Notes: a model not told the origin generated them from the sequence alone. 25,448 nt of DNA from a virus (IMGVR_UViG_3300037786_000034:1-25448); one strand, 5' to 3'. Numbered from the stretch's first letter, positions 15,382 through 24,502 are shown. A program made the numbers and translations.

Positions 15382-17815
15382 GAAAAAAGTCTCCGTCCGC
15401 CTCTCCGCAACCGGCGGCCGCCAGGTGCGTGCCGAGTTGGAAGGCGTCGGCGAGGCGGGTAGCCGTGGCTTGGGGCGTCTCTCGCGCGAGATGGACCAGG
15501 CCAACGCACGCATGGCGGCTTTTGCCCGCCGGGCCCGGATCGCGGCGACTGCTGCTGCGACTGCCTTGGCCGGTGCCGTTGTCGCCATGACCCGTTCGAC
15601 GGTTTCCGCCGCCAACGAAATCGGCCAACTCAGCCAGGTGGCGAATGCGACCCCAGAGGTCTTCCAGCGCTGGTCGGCGGCCTCGGCCACGGTGGGGATC
15701 GAACAAGAAAAGCTCGCCGACATCCTGAAGGATGTGAATGACCGCGTGGGGGATTTCCTGCAGACGGGCGGTGGCCCGATGGCCGACTTCTTCGAGAACA
15801 TCGCGCCGCGCGTTGGCGTGACGGCCGATCAGTTTGCACGGCTATCCGGGCCCGATGCGCTGCAACTCTATGTCGACAGCCTCGAGCGCGCGGGCGTCAG
15901 CCAACAGGAGATGACCTTCTATCTTGAGGCCATGGCGTCCGATGCCACGCGGCTCATTCCACTGCTGCAAAACGGCGGGGCAGAGATGACCCGGCTTGGG
16001 GCACAGGCGCAGGCCCTTGGGGCGGTGCTCGATGCAGATGCCATTGCTGCCATGCGCCGGTCGGAACTCGCGCTGGTCAGCATCGGTCAGGTCTTCACCG
16101 GGGTGCGCAACCGGATTGCTGTCGCACTGGCGCCCACGCTTGAGGCGGTGGCCAATGCGTTTGTCGCTCTTGCCTCCAGCACCAGCCCCATCAGCCGGGC
16201 CTTTGATGCTGTACTGGCCAACCTTGATCGGTTGGCGATCTACGCCGGGACCTTCGCCACCTTCCTTGCTGGTCGCTGGGTGGCCGCGATGGCGGTGGCC
16301 GCCCTTTCGGTGCGGGGTTTGGCTACGACGCTCGTGGTTCTGAAAGGCGCGCTCATCCGCACCGGCATCGGTGCGCTGATCGTGGGCGCAGGCGAGCTGG
16401 TCTACTGGTTCACACGCCTCGCAGCGGGCGCAGGCGGCTTCGGCGAGGCCATGCGGCTTTTGAAAGATGTCGCTGTCGAGGTCTGGGAACGGATCAAGAT
16501 GGGGGCCAACGCGGCCGGGTCGCGTGCCACAGCCATGTTTTATGATCTCAAAGCCGATGCGGCGACCGGCATGGCTGGGGCCATAGAGAGCGTCGTGGCT
16601 TTTGGCAACACGACGGCGAATACCTTCGAGGGCGCGCTTTTGGCCGTGCGCGAGATCTGGTCGCGCTTGCCGGATGTGATCGGGGATCTGGTCTTCTCGG
16701 CCGCCAACCGCATGCTCGACGGGATCGAGGCCATGCTGAACGGCGCGATCCGCCGGATTGACGCCTTCACGGGGCGCATTCGCGACGCGCTGGCGGCGGT
16801 CGGCATCGAGACCACCTTTGGTCAGATCGGTGAAATCAGTCTTGGCGATATCGCCAACCCCTTCGCCGGGGCCTCAGCAGATACCGGAACGGCTGCAGCA
16901 GATGCCTTCCGCCGAGCCTTCGAGGACAACCCGCTCTCGGCCCCTGACCTTGGCCTTGATGGCATTGCGGCGGATGCCCTGGAAACAGCCAATATTTACC
17001 GGCGTGCCGCCACGGACCTCGCCAATGGCGCGACAGCCCCACTCACCTCTTGGGGCGCACTTCGCGATGCTGTTGCGGGCACGGGTGAAGAAGGCGCGGC
17101 GGCGCTAGATGAGGCCACGGCCTCTGCAGATCGCCTATCGGATGCCATGGGCCGAGCTGGTGGTGCAGCCGGGAGCGCTGGCGAACGGGTCGCCACCGGG
17201 TGGCTTGCCGTGTCGGAATCCCTTCAAGCCTACGCCACGGATGCGCTGAACTGGGGCAAGGGCCTTGGCGAAACATTGACCGGCGCCTTCAGCGGTGCGG
17301 AAAGCGCGTTCCGGAGCTTTGTTGAAACGGGTAAATTCGACTTCAAGGGCCTCGTGCGCTCTATCCTGGCGGACCTTGCGGTTCTGTCGTTCAAGCGCGC
17401 GGTGCTGGGGCCCATCGCCTCGGCGCTCTCCGGCATCTTTGGCGGCGGGTCCGTTGCGGCGGCCGTCTCGCATGCGGGCGGTATCGTTGGGCTTTCCGGA
17501 CATAGTCGCTCGGTGCCTGCGATGGCCTTTGCTGCTGCGACGCGGATGCATTCCGGCGGTTGGGCTGGTCTCCGCCCCGACGAGGTCCCGACGATCCTGC
17601 AGCGCGGGGAGCGGGTGCTGAACCGGCGCGAGGCGGCGGACTATGGTCGGGGCGGCAGCATTGGCGCGGGCGTCACCGTGAACATCGACGCGCGCGGGGC
17701 ACAGATTGGCGCGGCCGAGCAGATCGACGCGCGCCTTCGCGCGGCGATCCCAGAGATCGCCCGCATCGCCAAGGAAAGCGTGGCTGATGGCCGACGCCGA
17801 GGTCAGGTGATCTGA
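15374..17815 (+). CDS. tail tape measure protein
   Basis: 813 aa, Ala/Gly-rich and helical; lambda-type C-terminus FVETGKFDFKGLVRSILADL...HAGG...DEVPTILQRGERVL. Confidence 0.92.
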   Translation: MAEKKVSVRLSATGGRQVRAELEGVGEAGSRGLGRLSREMDQANARMAAFARRARIAATAAATALAGAVVAMTRSTVSAANEIGQLSQVANATPEVFQRWSAASATVGIEQEKLADILKDVNDRVGDFLQTGGGPMADFFENIAPRVGVTADQFARLSGPDALQLYVDSLERAGVSQQEMTFYLEAMASDATRLIPLLQNGGAEMTRLGAQAQALGAVLDADAIAAMRRSELALVSIGQVFTGVRNRIAVALAPTLEAVANAFVALASSTSPISRAFDAVLANLDRLAIYAGTFATFLAGRWVAAMAVAALSVRGLATTLVVLKGALIRTGIGALIVGAGELVYWFTRLAAGAGGFGEAMRLLKDVAVEVWERIKMGANAAGSRATAMFYDLKADAATGMAGAIESVVAFGNTTANTFEGALLAVREIWSRLPDVIGDLVFSAANRMLDGIEAMLNGAIRRIDAFTGRIRDALAAVGIETTFGQIGEISLGDIANPFAGASADTGTAAADAFRRAFEDNPLSAPDLGLDGIAADALETANIYRRAATDLANGATAPLTSWGALRDAVAGTGEEGAAALDEATASADRLSDAMGRAGGAAGSAGERVATGWLAVSESLQAYATDALNWGKGLGETLTGAFSGAESAFRSFVETGKFDFKGLVRSILADLAVLSFKRAVLGPIASALSGIFGGGSVAAAVSHAGGIVGLSGHSRSVPAMAFAAATRMHSGGWAGLRPDEVPTILQRGERVLNRREAADYGRGGSIGAGVTVNIDARGAQIGAAEQIDARLRAAIPEIARIAKESVADGRRRGQVI

Positions 17816-17816
17816 G

Positions 17817-18404
17817 ATGGCCATTCCTGTTTTGCCGCTGACGCTTGTGTCCTCGCTCGAGCGGCGACTGGTCACGTCTGTGGCCGAGGCGAGCTCGCCG
17901 TTCACTGGCACGTCCCAGATCCAGGACTGGGGTGCCTCCTGGTGGGAATACCAGATCGAGATGGCAGTGACCCAAGGGGCCAAGGCCCGGAGGCTTTCGG
18001 CCTTCTTCACCGCCCTTGGTGGACTGCGGGGCCGATTCCTGTTCTCCGATCCCTCGATCGAGGTGCCGTTGGCGGCGGGCAATCCCTATGTCACCGAGGC
18101 GCAGGTTGCGGGAGCCTTCACCCTGAGCACGGCGGGATGGGGACTTGGTCTGCGCGCCGGTGACTTCTTCCAGCTGGGTTCGGATGCCACCACGCGGCTT
18201 TATCAGTTGACGGCGGATGTAACGCCTTTGGGCAGCGAGGCGACGCTCGCCTTCGTGCCGCCGCTTCGGGCTTCCGTGCCGGTCGGCACGTTGCTCGGCC
18301 TTGATGCTCCGTCGGTCCTGTTGCGGCTGACGGCCCCGGTCCCCTCGGTCATCGGTCGGGCGGATCAGCATCGCTTCACGATTTCAGCGCGGGAGGTCCT
18401 CTGA
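17817..18404 (+). CDS. distal tail protein, putative
   Basis: Follows the tape measure gene; SPFTG..Q, FF..L.G..G.F and LRAGDFFQ patterns. Confidence 0.7.
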   Translation: MAIPVLPLTLVSSLERRLVTSVAEASSPFTGTSQIQDWGASWWEYQIEMAVTQGAKARRLSAFFTALGGLRGRFLFSDPSIEVPLAAGNPYVTEAQVAGAFTLSTAGWGLGLRAGDFFQLGSDATTRLYQLTADVTPLGSEATLAFVPPLRASVPVGTLLGLDAPSVLLRLTAPVPSVIGRADQHRFTISAREVL

Positions 18405-18964
18405 TGAGCCGCGATCTTACCGTCGCTTTTGCCACTGCGCTGGCTGATCAAAGCCTTCGACTCGTCATCTTCTTCGAAGGGCAGTTCGCCACGGGCTGGG
18501 TGCGTATCTGGTCGGGGCTGGGAGAGGTCAGTTGGAACGGTCAAAGCTGGGCTGGGGCTGGGTCGCTCTTGGGCCTTGGCTCGCTCGATGAAACCGGAGA
18601 GGTCGTGGCGGGCGGCACGGCGGTGTCGCTGTCCGGCGTGCCACTGGACCTTGTTCAAATGGCGATCGAGGAAGCGCGCCAGGGCCTGCCCGGACGAATT
18701 TGGCTGGGGCTTCTGGCCGAGAATGGCAGCATCATTGCCGATCCGGTTCAGGCCTTTTCGGGCCGGCTCGACGTCCCGGAAATCAAGGATGACGCCGACA
18801 CCTGCACGATCACCATCAGCTATGAAAGCCGGTTGATCGACCTGACCGTGGCGCGAACCTGGCGCTACACCCATGAAAGCCAGCAGGTCTTGTTCCCGGG
18901 CGATCTCGGATTCGAATACGTGACAGCGATCCAGGACCGCGAAATCACCTGGGGGCGTGGATAG
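18404..18964 (+). CDS. tail tip/hub protein, putative
   Basis: TGATG coupling; WSGLG...W.G.G, FSGRLD and YT.ESQ...FPGD.GFEYV...WG patterns. Confidence 0.72.
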   Translation: MSRDLTVAFATALADQSLRLVIFFEGQFATGWVRIWSGLGEVSWNGQSWAGAGSLLGLGSLDETGEVVAGGTAVSLSGVPLDLVQMAIEEARQGLPGRIWLGLLAENGSIIADPVQAFSGRLDVPEIKDDADTCTITISYESRLIDLTVARTWRYTHESQQVLFPGDLGFEYVTAIQDREITWGRG

Positions 18965-18966
18965 AC

Positions 18967-19374
18967 ATGACTCGCGTTGACCACTGGGAACGCCTGCTTG
19001 CAGCAGCGATCGATACCGCACGGGCAAAGCCTTTCGTCTGGGGCGTTCATGACTGCCCGACCTTTGCCTTCGAGACGCGTATGATCCTGACCGGCGGCGA
19101 GAATATCGCGGCCCTCTGGCGCGGCCGCTACACCACCTGGCTCGGCGGCGAACGTGTGATGCGCCGTCTGGGCTGGGCCTCGCTCGAGGACATGGGTTGT
19201 GCGCTCCTCGGCGAACCCCGCCCGGGCGTTTTGTTGGCCCAACGCGGCGACATCGTTCTGGCCGACACCGGTCTTGGCTTCGGCATTTGCAATGGGGCCA
19301 GCGCCGTCGGCATGGCGCCCGCGGGCCTTGTGGCCGTGCCGTTGACGGCTTGCCGGCGCGCATGGCGTGTTTGA
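18967..19374 (+). CDS. tail-tip NlpC/P60-like protein (DUF6950-like)
   Basis: PFVWGVHDC motif, AQRGDIV and AWRV end; occupies the gpK-like position. Confidence 0.8.
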   Translation: MTRVDHWERLLAAAIDTARAKPFVWGVHDCPTFAFETRMILTGGENIAALWRGRYTTWLGGERVMRRLGWASLEDMGCALLGEPRPGVLLAQRGDIVLADTGLGFGICNGASAVGMAPAGLVAVPLTACRRAWRV

Positions 19375-19403
19375 TCTGAACATGGAGCAACTATTCACCA
19401 AGT

Positions 19404-19498
19404 GCGCGGCCCAGGCCTCCCTTCCCGGACCGCGCGAAGGGTCTAACGTGGACCTGGCGGTTCGGCAGCTTGGGACTACCGGGTCCAACGTTGCCCTT
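19404..19498. ncRNA. candidate structured RNA (two adjacent long hairpins) in an intergenic insertion
   Basis: 12-bp hairpin at 19404-19435 and an interrupted hairpin of about 22 bp at 19437-19498; no convincing ORF. Confidence 0.35.
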
Positions 19499-19666
19499 AT
19501 CCAGCCACACAACTTCAGTTCAGCGCGCATCTTCTTGGCTCTGCTGGAGCCTTGAATGACCGTTGGGTAACCAGAAACGTGGCTTTGATCATTCCTTGGT
19601 CAACAGCACTCCAAATAATTCGTCCCTAACGGGGCACGACGACACCTAAAGTATCGGACCAAATCC

Positions 19667-22213
19667 ATGCCCTTCATCGTGACAGCCGTCACCGCGATCG
19701 CGGGGGCGATCAGCGGCGTATTGGCTGCAGGCGGTATTGGCGCGGCACTCTTGCGGATCGGTGGCACGCTGCTTCTCTCCTATGCGGCGCAGGCCCTGAT
19801 GCCAAAACCGCAGACCACAATGCAGCCGCGGACGGTGACGATCCGCGAGCCCGTGGTGCCGCGCGATCTCGTCTATGGCCGCACGCGCAAGGGCGGGGTC
19901 ATCGTCTTCCTGCACTCCTCGGGCTCGGACAACAAGTTCCTCGATCTGGTGATCGTGCTGGCCACCCATCGGGTCAAATCGATCGGGGCCATCTATTTTG
20001 AGGGCGAAGTGGCGGTGAATGCCGCTGGGACCGCGCAGGGCCGCTGGGCTGGAAAGGTTGTCGTCGAGAAGAAACTGGGCGCCGCCAACCAGACCGCCTT
20101 CGCAGGTCTCAAATCCGCGCTGCCGGACAAGTGGACCGAGAACCACAGACTTCGCGGGTGCGCGGCGATCCGGCTGCGGCTGACCTATGACCAGGACGCC
20201 TTCCCGGGCGGGATCCCAAACATCACGGTCGATCTCGAGGGAAAAGACGACATCTGGGACCCGCGGACCCAAACCGCGGGCTATTCGGAAAACCCCGCCC
20301 TTTGCTTGGCTGATTACATGGCCAATTCGACCTGGGGCATCGGCGCGCGCATCGGCCAACCCGACGGGATTGACGAGATGTCCTTGGTCGAGGCGGCGAA
20401 TATCTGCGATGAGACCGTTCCCCTCGCCGGCGGTGGATCAGAGCCGCGTTACGCCTGCAACGGGGTGATCACCCTCTCAGAAGTCCCGAAGACGATCATC
20501 GAGGGGATGCTCTCCAGCTTCGCAGGCCGCTGCGCCTTCTCCGGCGGGTCCTGGCGCATCCACGCGGGGGCCTGGCGCGCGCCAGATGTTGCGCTGACCT
20601 CGGACCATGTCCGCGAGGGCGGGCTGACCTTGGCGACGCGCGTGACAATGTCGTCAAACTTCAACGGCGTGCGCGGGCAGTTTGTCAGCCCCGAAAACGA
20701 TTGGCAGCCGGATGACTTCCCAGCCTATTCGAGCGCTGTCTATTTGGCCGAGGACGGTGGCGAACAAAAGTGGCGGGATATCTCGCTTCCGTTCACGATC
20801 TCGGCTGCGATGGCGCAACGGCTTGCAAAGATCGAGCTCGAGCGCGCACGTCGGCAGATGACGGTCCGGCTGTCGGGTAAGCTTTCCGCCTGGGCCGCTA
20901 CAGTGGGCGATGTGGTGACGCTGTCCTATGCGCGCTGGGGCTTTGCCGCGAAGCCCTTCGAGGTGCACGGGATGAGCCTTGATCTGACGGCCTCGGGCGA
21001 TGGGGCGCTCCTCCTCCCAGAGCTCGTTCTGCGCGAGACCTCGCCTCTGGTCTACGACTGGTCAGCGTCCGAGCAGCAGATCTACGCGGCCGCCCCGCGA
21101 ACAGCCCTGCCCAATGCCTATGACATCCCGGCACCCGGCGCACCGCAGGTCACCGAAGACCTCTATGTCACACGGGACGGGGGTGGACTGAAGGTTCTAG
21201 CGCGGATCAACTGGGAGTCGTCGCCCTCGGGCTTCGTCGCGCAGTATCAGCTGCAGGCGCGGCAAGGAGGGATCGGCGATTGGATCGACCATGGCCGTAC
21301 GGACGGTTTGACCCTCGAGATCCGCGATATCGCGCCGGGGGCTTGGAGCTTCCGTGTGAAGGCAATCTCGGTTCTGGGCGTTTCCTCACCCTGGCAGGAG
21401 ACAGCGGTCGAAATCCTCGGCCTGACCGCCCCACCGGCGCAGCTTGAGAACGTCACACTGCAAACGGCCGGTGGACTTGCGATCCTGAAATGGACGCGGT
21501 CGGTCGATCCGGATGTGCGCGTCGGCGGTAACATCGTGATCCGGCATTCGAAGGGGGCAACGGCCACCTGGGCCGACAGCTATTCGATGGACCGGGTATC
21601 GGGCGGCGAAGCCATCGCCGTCGTACCGCTGAAACCCGGCACTTATCTCGTGCGCGCGGAAGACAGCGGCGGGCGCGCTGGGCCTGAGACCCGCGTCTCG
21701 ACCAAGGGCGCGCAGGTGCTGGCCTTCTCGACCTTGGACTTCCTGCAGGCCGATCCCGGCTTTGTCGGTCCAAAATCTGGGCTGCAGGTCACGGGTTCGA
21801 CGCTGACGCTGGCCACGGCGACCACAAATAGCGTGACGCAGGTGACGGCAATGGACGGGCAATATGGGTTTGCCACTGGGCTTGATCTCGGAGCCGTGAA
21901 ACGCGTGCGGCTCCGCTCGGAAATCGGCGTGGCGGCACTGGCGCTCAATGACCGAATAGATTCGCGCACGGCGCTCATGGACACATGGGCCGACTTTGAT
22001 GGGTCAGCGGGTGCAGAAATCGACGTGCTCTTCGAGATCCGCGAGACCGATGACGATCCGGCCGCTTCACCGAACTGGGGCCCCTGGGGCCGTCTCGACA
22101 ATCACGAAATCGAGGCCCGCGCGGTAGAGGCGCGGGCGCATCTCACGACGAAGGACGCGTCCTACACGCCCATCGTCAGCCAATTACGGCTCTATGCCGA
22201 TGAGGTCGCGTGA
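19667..22213 (+). CDS. central tail tip/host-specificity protein (gpJ-like, fibronectin-III-like repeats)
   Basis: LVYGRTRKGG, G.PNIT..LEG..IWDPR, SENPALCLADY, RYACNG and AQRLAKI motifs; FN3-like W...Y...RVKA.S..G.SS.W. Confidence 0.9.
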   Translation: MPFIVTAVTAIAGAISGVLAAGGIGAALLRIGGTLLLSYAAQALMPKPQTTMQPRTVTIREPVVPRDLVYGRTRKGGVIVFLHSSGSDNKFLDLVIVLATHRVKSIGAIYFEGEVAVNAAGTAQGRWAGKVVVEKKLGAANQTAFAGLKSALPDKWTENHRLRGCAAIRLRLTYDQDAFPGGIPNITVDLEGKDDIWDPRTQTAGYSENPALCLADYMANSTWGIGARIGQPDGIDEMSLVEAANICDETVPLAGGGSEPRYACNGVITLSEVPKTIIEGMLSSFAGRCAFSGGSWRIHAGAWRAPDVALTSDHVREGGLTLATRVTMSSNFNGVRGQFVSPENDWQPDDFPAYSSAVYLAEDGGEQKWRDISLPFTISAAMAQRLAKIELERARRQMTVRLSGKLSAWAATVGDVVTLSYARWGFAAKPFEVHGMSLDLTASGDGALLLPELVLRETSPLVYDWSASEQQIYAAAPRTALPNAYDIPAPGAPQVTEDLYVTRDGGGLKVLARINWESSPSGFVAQYQLQARQGGIGDWIDHGRTDGLTLEIRDIAPGAWSFRVKAISVLGVSSPWQETAVEILGLTAPPAQLENVTLQTAGGLAILKWTRSVDPDVRVGGNIVIRHSKGATATWADSYSMDRVSGGEAIAVVPLKPGTYLVRAEDSGGRAGPETRVSTKGAQVLAFSTLDFLQADPGFVGPKSGLQVTGSTLTLATATTNSVTQVTAMDGQYGFATGLDLGAVKRVRLRSEIGVAALALNDRIDSRTALMDTWADFDGSAGAEIDVLFEIRETDDDPAASPNWGPWGRLDNHEIEARAVEARAHLTTKDASYTPIVSQLRLYADEVA

Positions 22214-22314
22214 ACGCGCTTTCCACCCCTCAAGCACACGCCTTCGCTGCCTCTCTGCTGCGCCTCGAACGCGAACGCCTGCACGCCATTTTGATTGAGA
22301 ACGGAAAACGCTGA
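22210..22314 (+). CDS. small unlisted ORF, 34 aa (MNALSTPQAHAFAASLLRLERERLHAILIENGKR)
   Basis: GTG overlaps the gpJ-like stop (GTGA), GAGGT lies upstream, and the ORF ends 1 nt before the fibre ATG, filling the gap exactly. Confidence 0.55.
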   Translation: MNALSTPQAHAFAASLLRLERERLHAILIENGKR

Positions 22315-22315
22315 A

Positions 22316-22972
22316 ATGTCCCAGACATCGAGTTTTGTGATCGCGAATGACGCGGGCGCCGCCGTTCGGGCGCGCATCAATGAGGTGATCGCCGCGCTGC
22401 AATCAACAAGTGCCGGGGCCTCGGCACCGACGGCGACGACGGCGGGCATGCTCTGGGTTGATACGTCGGTCTCACCGCCTGTGCTGCGCCGCCGGAACGC
22501 CACGAACACGGGCTGGGATGCGCTTCTCGATGCGGCGGGCAATCTGGCGGGGCTGGCGAACACCGCCGTGGCACGCACGAACCTTGGCCTCGGGACAATG
22601 GCGACCAAGTCGGCGGCGGATTACGACGCGGCGATCGCGGCAAAAGCGGCACTTTCCGGAGCAACCTTCACCGGCGTCGTGACCGCCCCGAACTTTGTCT
22701 CTTCCTCCGACGCCCGCTTGAAATCCGATGTCGAGACGATCACCGACGCGTTGGCTCTCGTCTGCGCAATCCGCGGCGTGCGTTTCACCATGGATGGAAG
22801 CCGCCAGATCGGCGTCATCGCTCAGGAGGTCGAGACCGTGCTGCCCGAAGTAGTCCGCGACGGCGAGGCCGGTCAGCTCTCTGTCGCTTACGGCAATATC
22901 ACCGGCCTTCTGATCGAGGCCGTCAAGGAACTGGCCGCCCGGGTGGCGGCGCTTGAGGAGGCACGCCCATGA
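22316..22972 (+). CDS. short tail fibre protein with C-terminal S74 intramolecular chaperone/autocleavage domain
   Basis: ARTNLGLGTMAT fibre motif; SSDARLKSDV, IGVIAQEVE.VLPEVV and V.YG...LLIEAVKEL coiled coil. Confidence 0.9.
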   Translation: MSQTSSFVIANDAGAAVRARINEVIAALQSTSAGASAPTATTAGMLWVDTSVSPPVLRRRNATNTGWDALLDAAGNLAGLANTAVARTNLGLGTMATKSAADYDAAIAAKAALSGATFTGVVTAPNFVSSSDARLKSDVETITDALALVCAIRGVRFTMDGSRQIGVIAQEVETVLPEVVRDGEAGQLSVAYGNITGLLIEAVKELAARVAALEEARP

Positions 22973-23280
22973 ATGATGGTGGGATCATTGACATGATCAA
23001 CTCGGTCTTCGGAGGCGCGGTGACCACGCTGATCGGCGCCTTTACCGGCCGGCTGATGTGGCATTCAGGCGAGGTGAAGCTCGGCAACCGCCGCTTCTTT
23101 GGCAAGGAACTCCTTTGGGAAATCCCCGTCGCCGTCGGCATGGCCCTGATCGGGGAGGCGGCGGCGCGTTACATCGGCCTGTCGCAGCCGGTCTCGACAG
23201 GGTTTGTGGCAACGCTTGCCTATCTCGGGCCCCGCGGGGCCGAAGCTCTGCTGGCTACTTGGCTCTGCCGCAAGAAATAA
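22969..23280 (+). CDS. holin, putative
   Basis: 103 aa with 2-3 hydrophobic segments, a basic C-terminus and AYLGPRG; lies before the endolysin. Confidence 0.78.
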   Translation: MNDGGIIDMINSVFGGAVTTLIGAFTGRLMWHSGEVKLGNRRFFGKELLWEIPVAVGMALIGEAAARYIGLSQPVSTGFVATLAYLGPRGAEALLATWLCRKK

Positions 23281-23307
23281 CCCGTCCACCACTCACAGAA
23301 ATCACAC

Positions 23308-23339
23308 ACGCCGTCCCATCCGGGGCGGCGTTTTCCTTT
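23308..23339 (+). terminator. terminator-like hairpin between holin and endolysin
   Basis: ACGCCGTCCC-ATCC-GGGGCGGCGT followed by TTTCCTTT. Confidence 0.6.
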
Positions 23340-23354
23340 GCATGGGAGAAGACC

Positions 23355-24287
23355 ATGACGCCGTTCGATATCGCCCGCAGCTACATCGGCACGACCGAGG
23401 GCCCGGGCCCGGCCGACAATCCCGTCATCATGGAAATGTATGCCTCGGTCGGCCACGATTGGGTAGAACATGACTCCGTAGCCTGGTGCGCCGCCTTCGT
23501 CGGGCATTGCCTCGAGCGGGCCGGAATCCGCTCGACCCGCAAGCTGACGGCGCGCTCCTATCTCGACTGGGGTGTACCGGTGGAGGTAACGGACGCTCAG
23601 CAGGGCGACATCGGTATCATTCCACGTGGCTCGTCCAGCTGGCAGGGCCATGTGTTCTTCATCGACCGGATCGAGGGACCATGGGTCTGGGGCCTAGGCG
23701 GCAATCAAGACGACGCCGTCAATGTGAAACGCTATCCGGTCTCGAAACTGCTCGGCGTGCGGCGTGCTGGCAATGTCGCGCCAAGCGTGACGATCTCCGT
23801 CGAGGAGGTGCAAGGGCGTCTGAAAGACCTCGGCTATCACGAGGTGGGTCAGATCGATGGAAAGATCGGGCCGCGCACCCGCGCTGCCATCCTGGCCTTT
23901 CGGCAGGACAACGACCTGGCCCTCGTGCCCACCATCGATGTGGCGCTGACCGAAGCGCTGGACAAAGCGGCCCCTCGCGAAATCGCTCCTGAGAGGGCAT
24001 CTGGCGCGCCTGCAGAAAGCCGGATCGTAACAGCATCCAATGCGCAGATCGGTCTCGGTGTCATTGGCGCGGCAGGCTCCATCGGCAGCCAGATCGCCCC
24101 GGCGCTGATGGAAGCCGAGCAGGCCCGCGATATGGCCGGACGCGTGTTTACCTTGATCGGGCTGGAAAGCTGGCTCTCCATCGCCCTGCCATGGATTGGT
24201 GCGGCGGTGTTCATCGGCGTGGTCGTTTATGCGCTCCGCGCAAAGGCAGCCCGGATCGACGACTATCGCTCGGGGAAAACGCCATGA
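23355..24287 (+). CDS. endolysin: TIGR02594-type (NlpC/P60/CHAP-like) domain, peptidoglycan-binding domain and C-terminal hydrophobic segments
   Basis: AWCAAFV and QGHVFF (Cys/His), LGGNQ; VQGRLKDLGY...IDGKIGPRTRAAILAF; SD GGGAG before ATG 23355. Confidence 0.88.
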   Translation: MTPFDIARSYIGTTEGPGPADNPVIMEMYASVGHDWVEHDSVAWCAAFVGHCLERAGIRSTRKLTARSYLDWGVPVEVTDAQQGDIGIIPRGSSSWQGHVFFIDRIEGPWVWGLGGNQDDAVNVKRYPVSKLLGVRRAGNVAPSVTISVEEVQGRLKDLGYHEVGQIDGKIGPRTRAAILAFRQDNDLALVPTIDVALTEALDKAAPREIAPERASGAPAESRIVTASNAQIGLGVIGAAGSIGSQIAPALMEAEQARDMAGRVFTLIGLESWLSIALPWIGAAVFIGVVVYALRAKAARIDDYRSGKTP

Positions 24288-24502
24288 CCTGGGTCTTGAT
24301 CGTTATCTCCTGCATCGCGGGCGACAGCCTGCCCGACTGCGGCAGTGGGATCAGCCCTGTGCGCTTTCCTGACTTTATCGCCTGCGAAGATGCCGCTGTC
24401 CGTACGCATGACCACATTCGGGCCGGCGCCGATGCGCGCGGGCAAACCGTACTGCTGCTCGATACGCACTGCTTGGCCCTCTCACCGGGGGCACCCGGAT
24501 GA
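24284..24502 (+). CDS. small four-cysteine protein with hydrophobic N-terminus
   Basis: ATGA overlaps on both sides; sequence MTWVLIVISC...C...C...C. Confidence 0.7.
   Translation: MTWVLIVISCIAGDSLPDCGSGISPVRFPDFIACEDAAVRTHDHIRAGADARGQTVLLLDTHCLALSPGAPG

Noticed and set aside
19404-19500. HDV-like ribozyme or SRP RNA assignment
   Set aside because: Only partial motifs (CTAAC, CCAGGTCC); the required P1/P2 pairings and the GGAAGGAAGCAG loop could not be completed.
19367-19555. 62-aa plus-strand ORF, and the 221-aa minus-strand ORF 18865-19530, as genes of the third insertion
   Set aside because: No convincing SD or recognisable motif; the minus ORF runs antisense through real tail genes. 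Not fully excluded.
4392-22972. Gene transfer agent (RcGTA-like) cluster
   Set aside because: The head module is lambda-type (GpA terminase, gpW, lambda portal, S49, gpD/gpE), not HK97-type as in RcGTA.
23058-23354. N-terminal extension of the endolysin ORF
   Set aside because: Overlaps the holin and crosses a hairpin; the SD supports ATG 23355.
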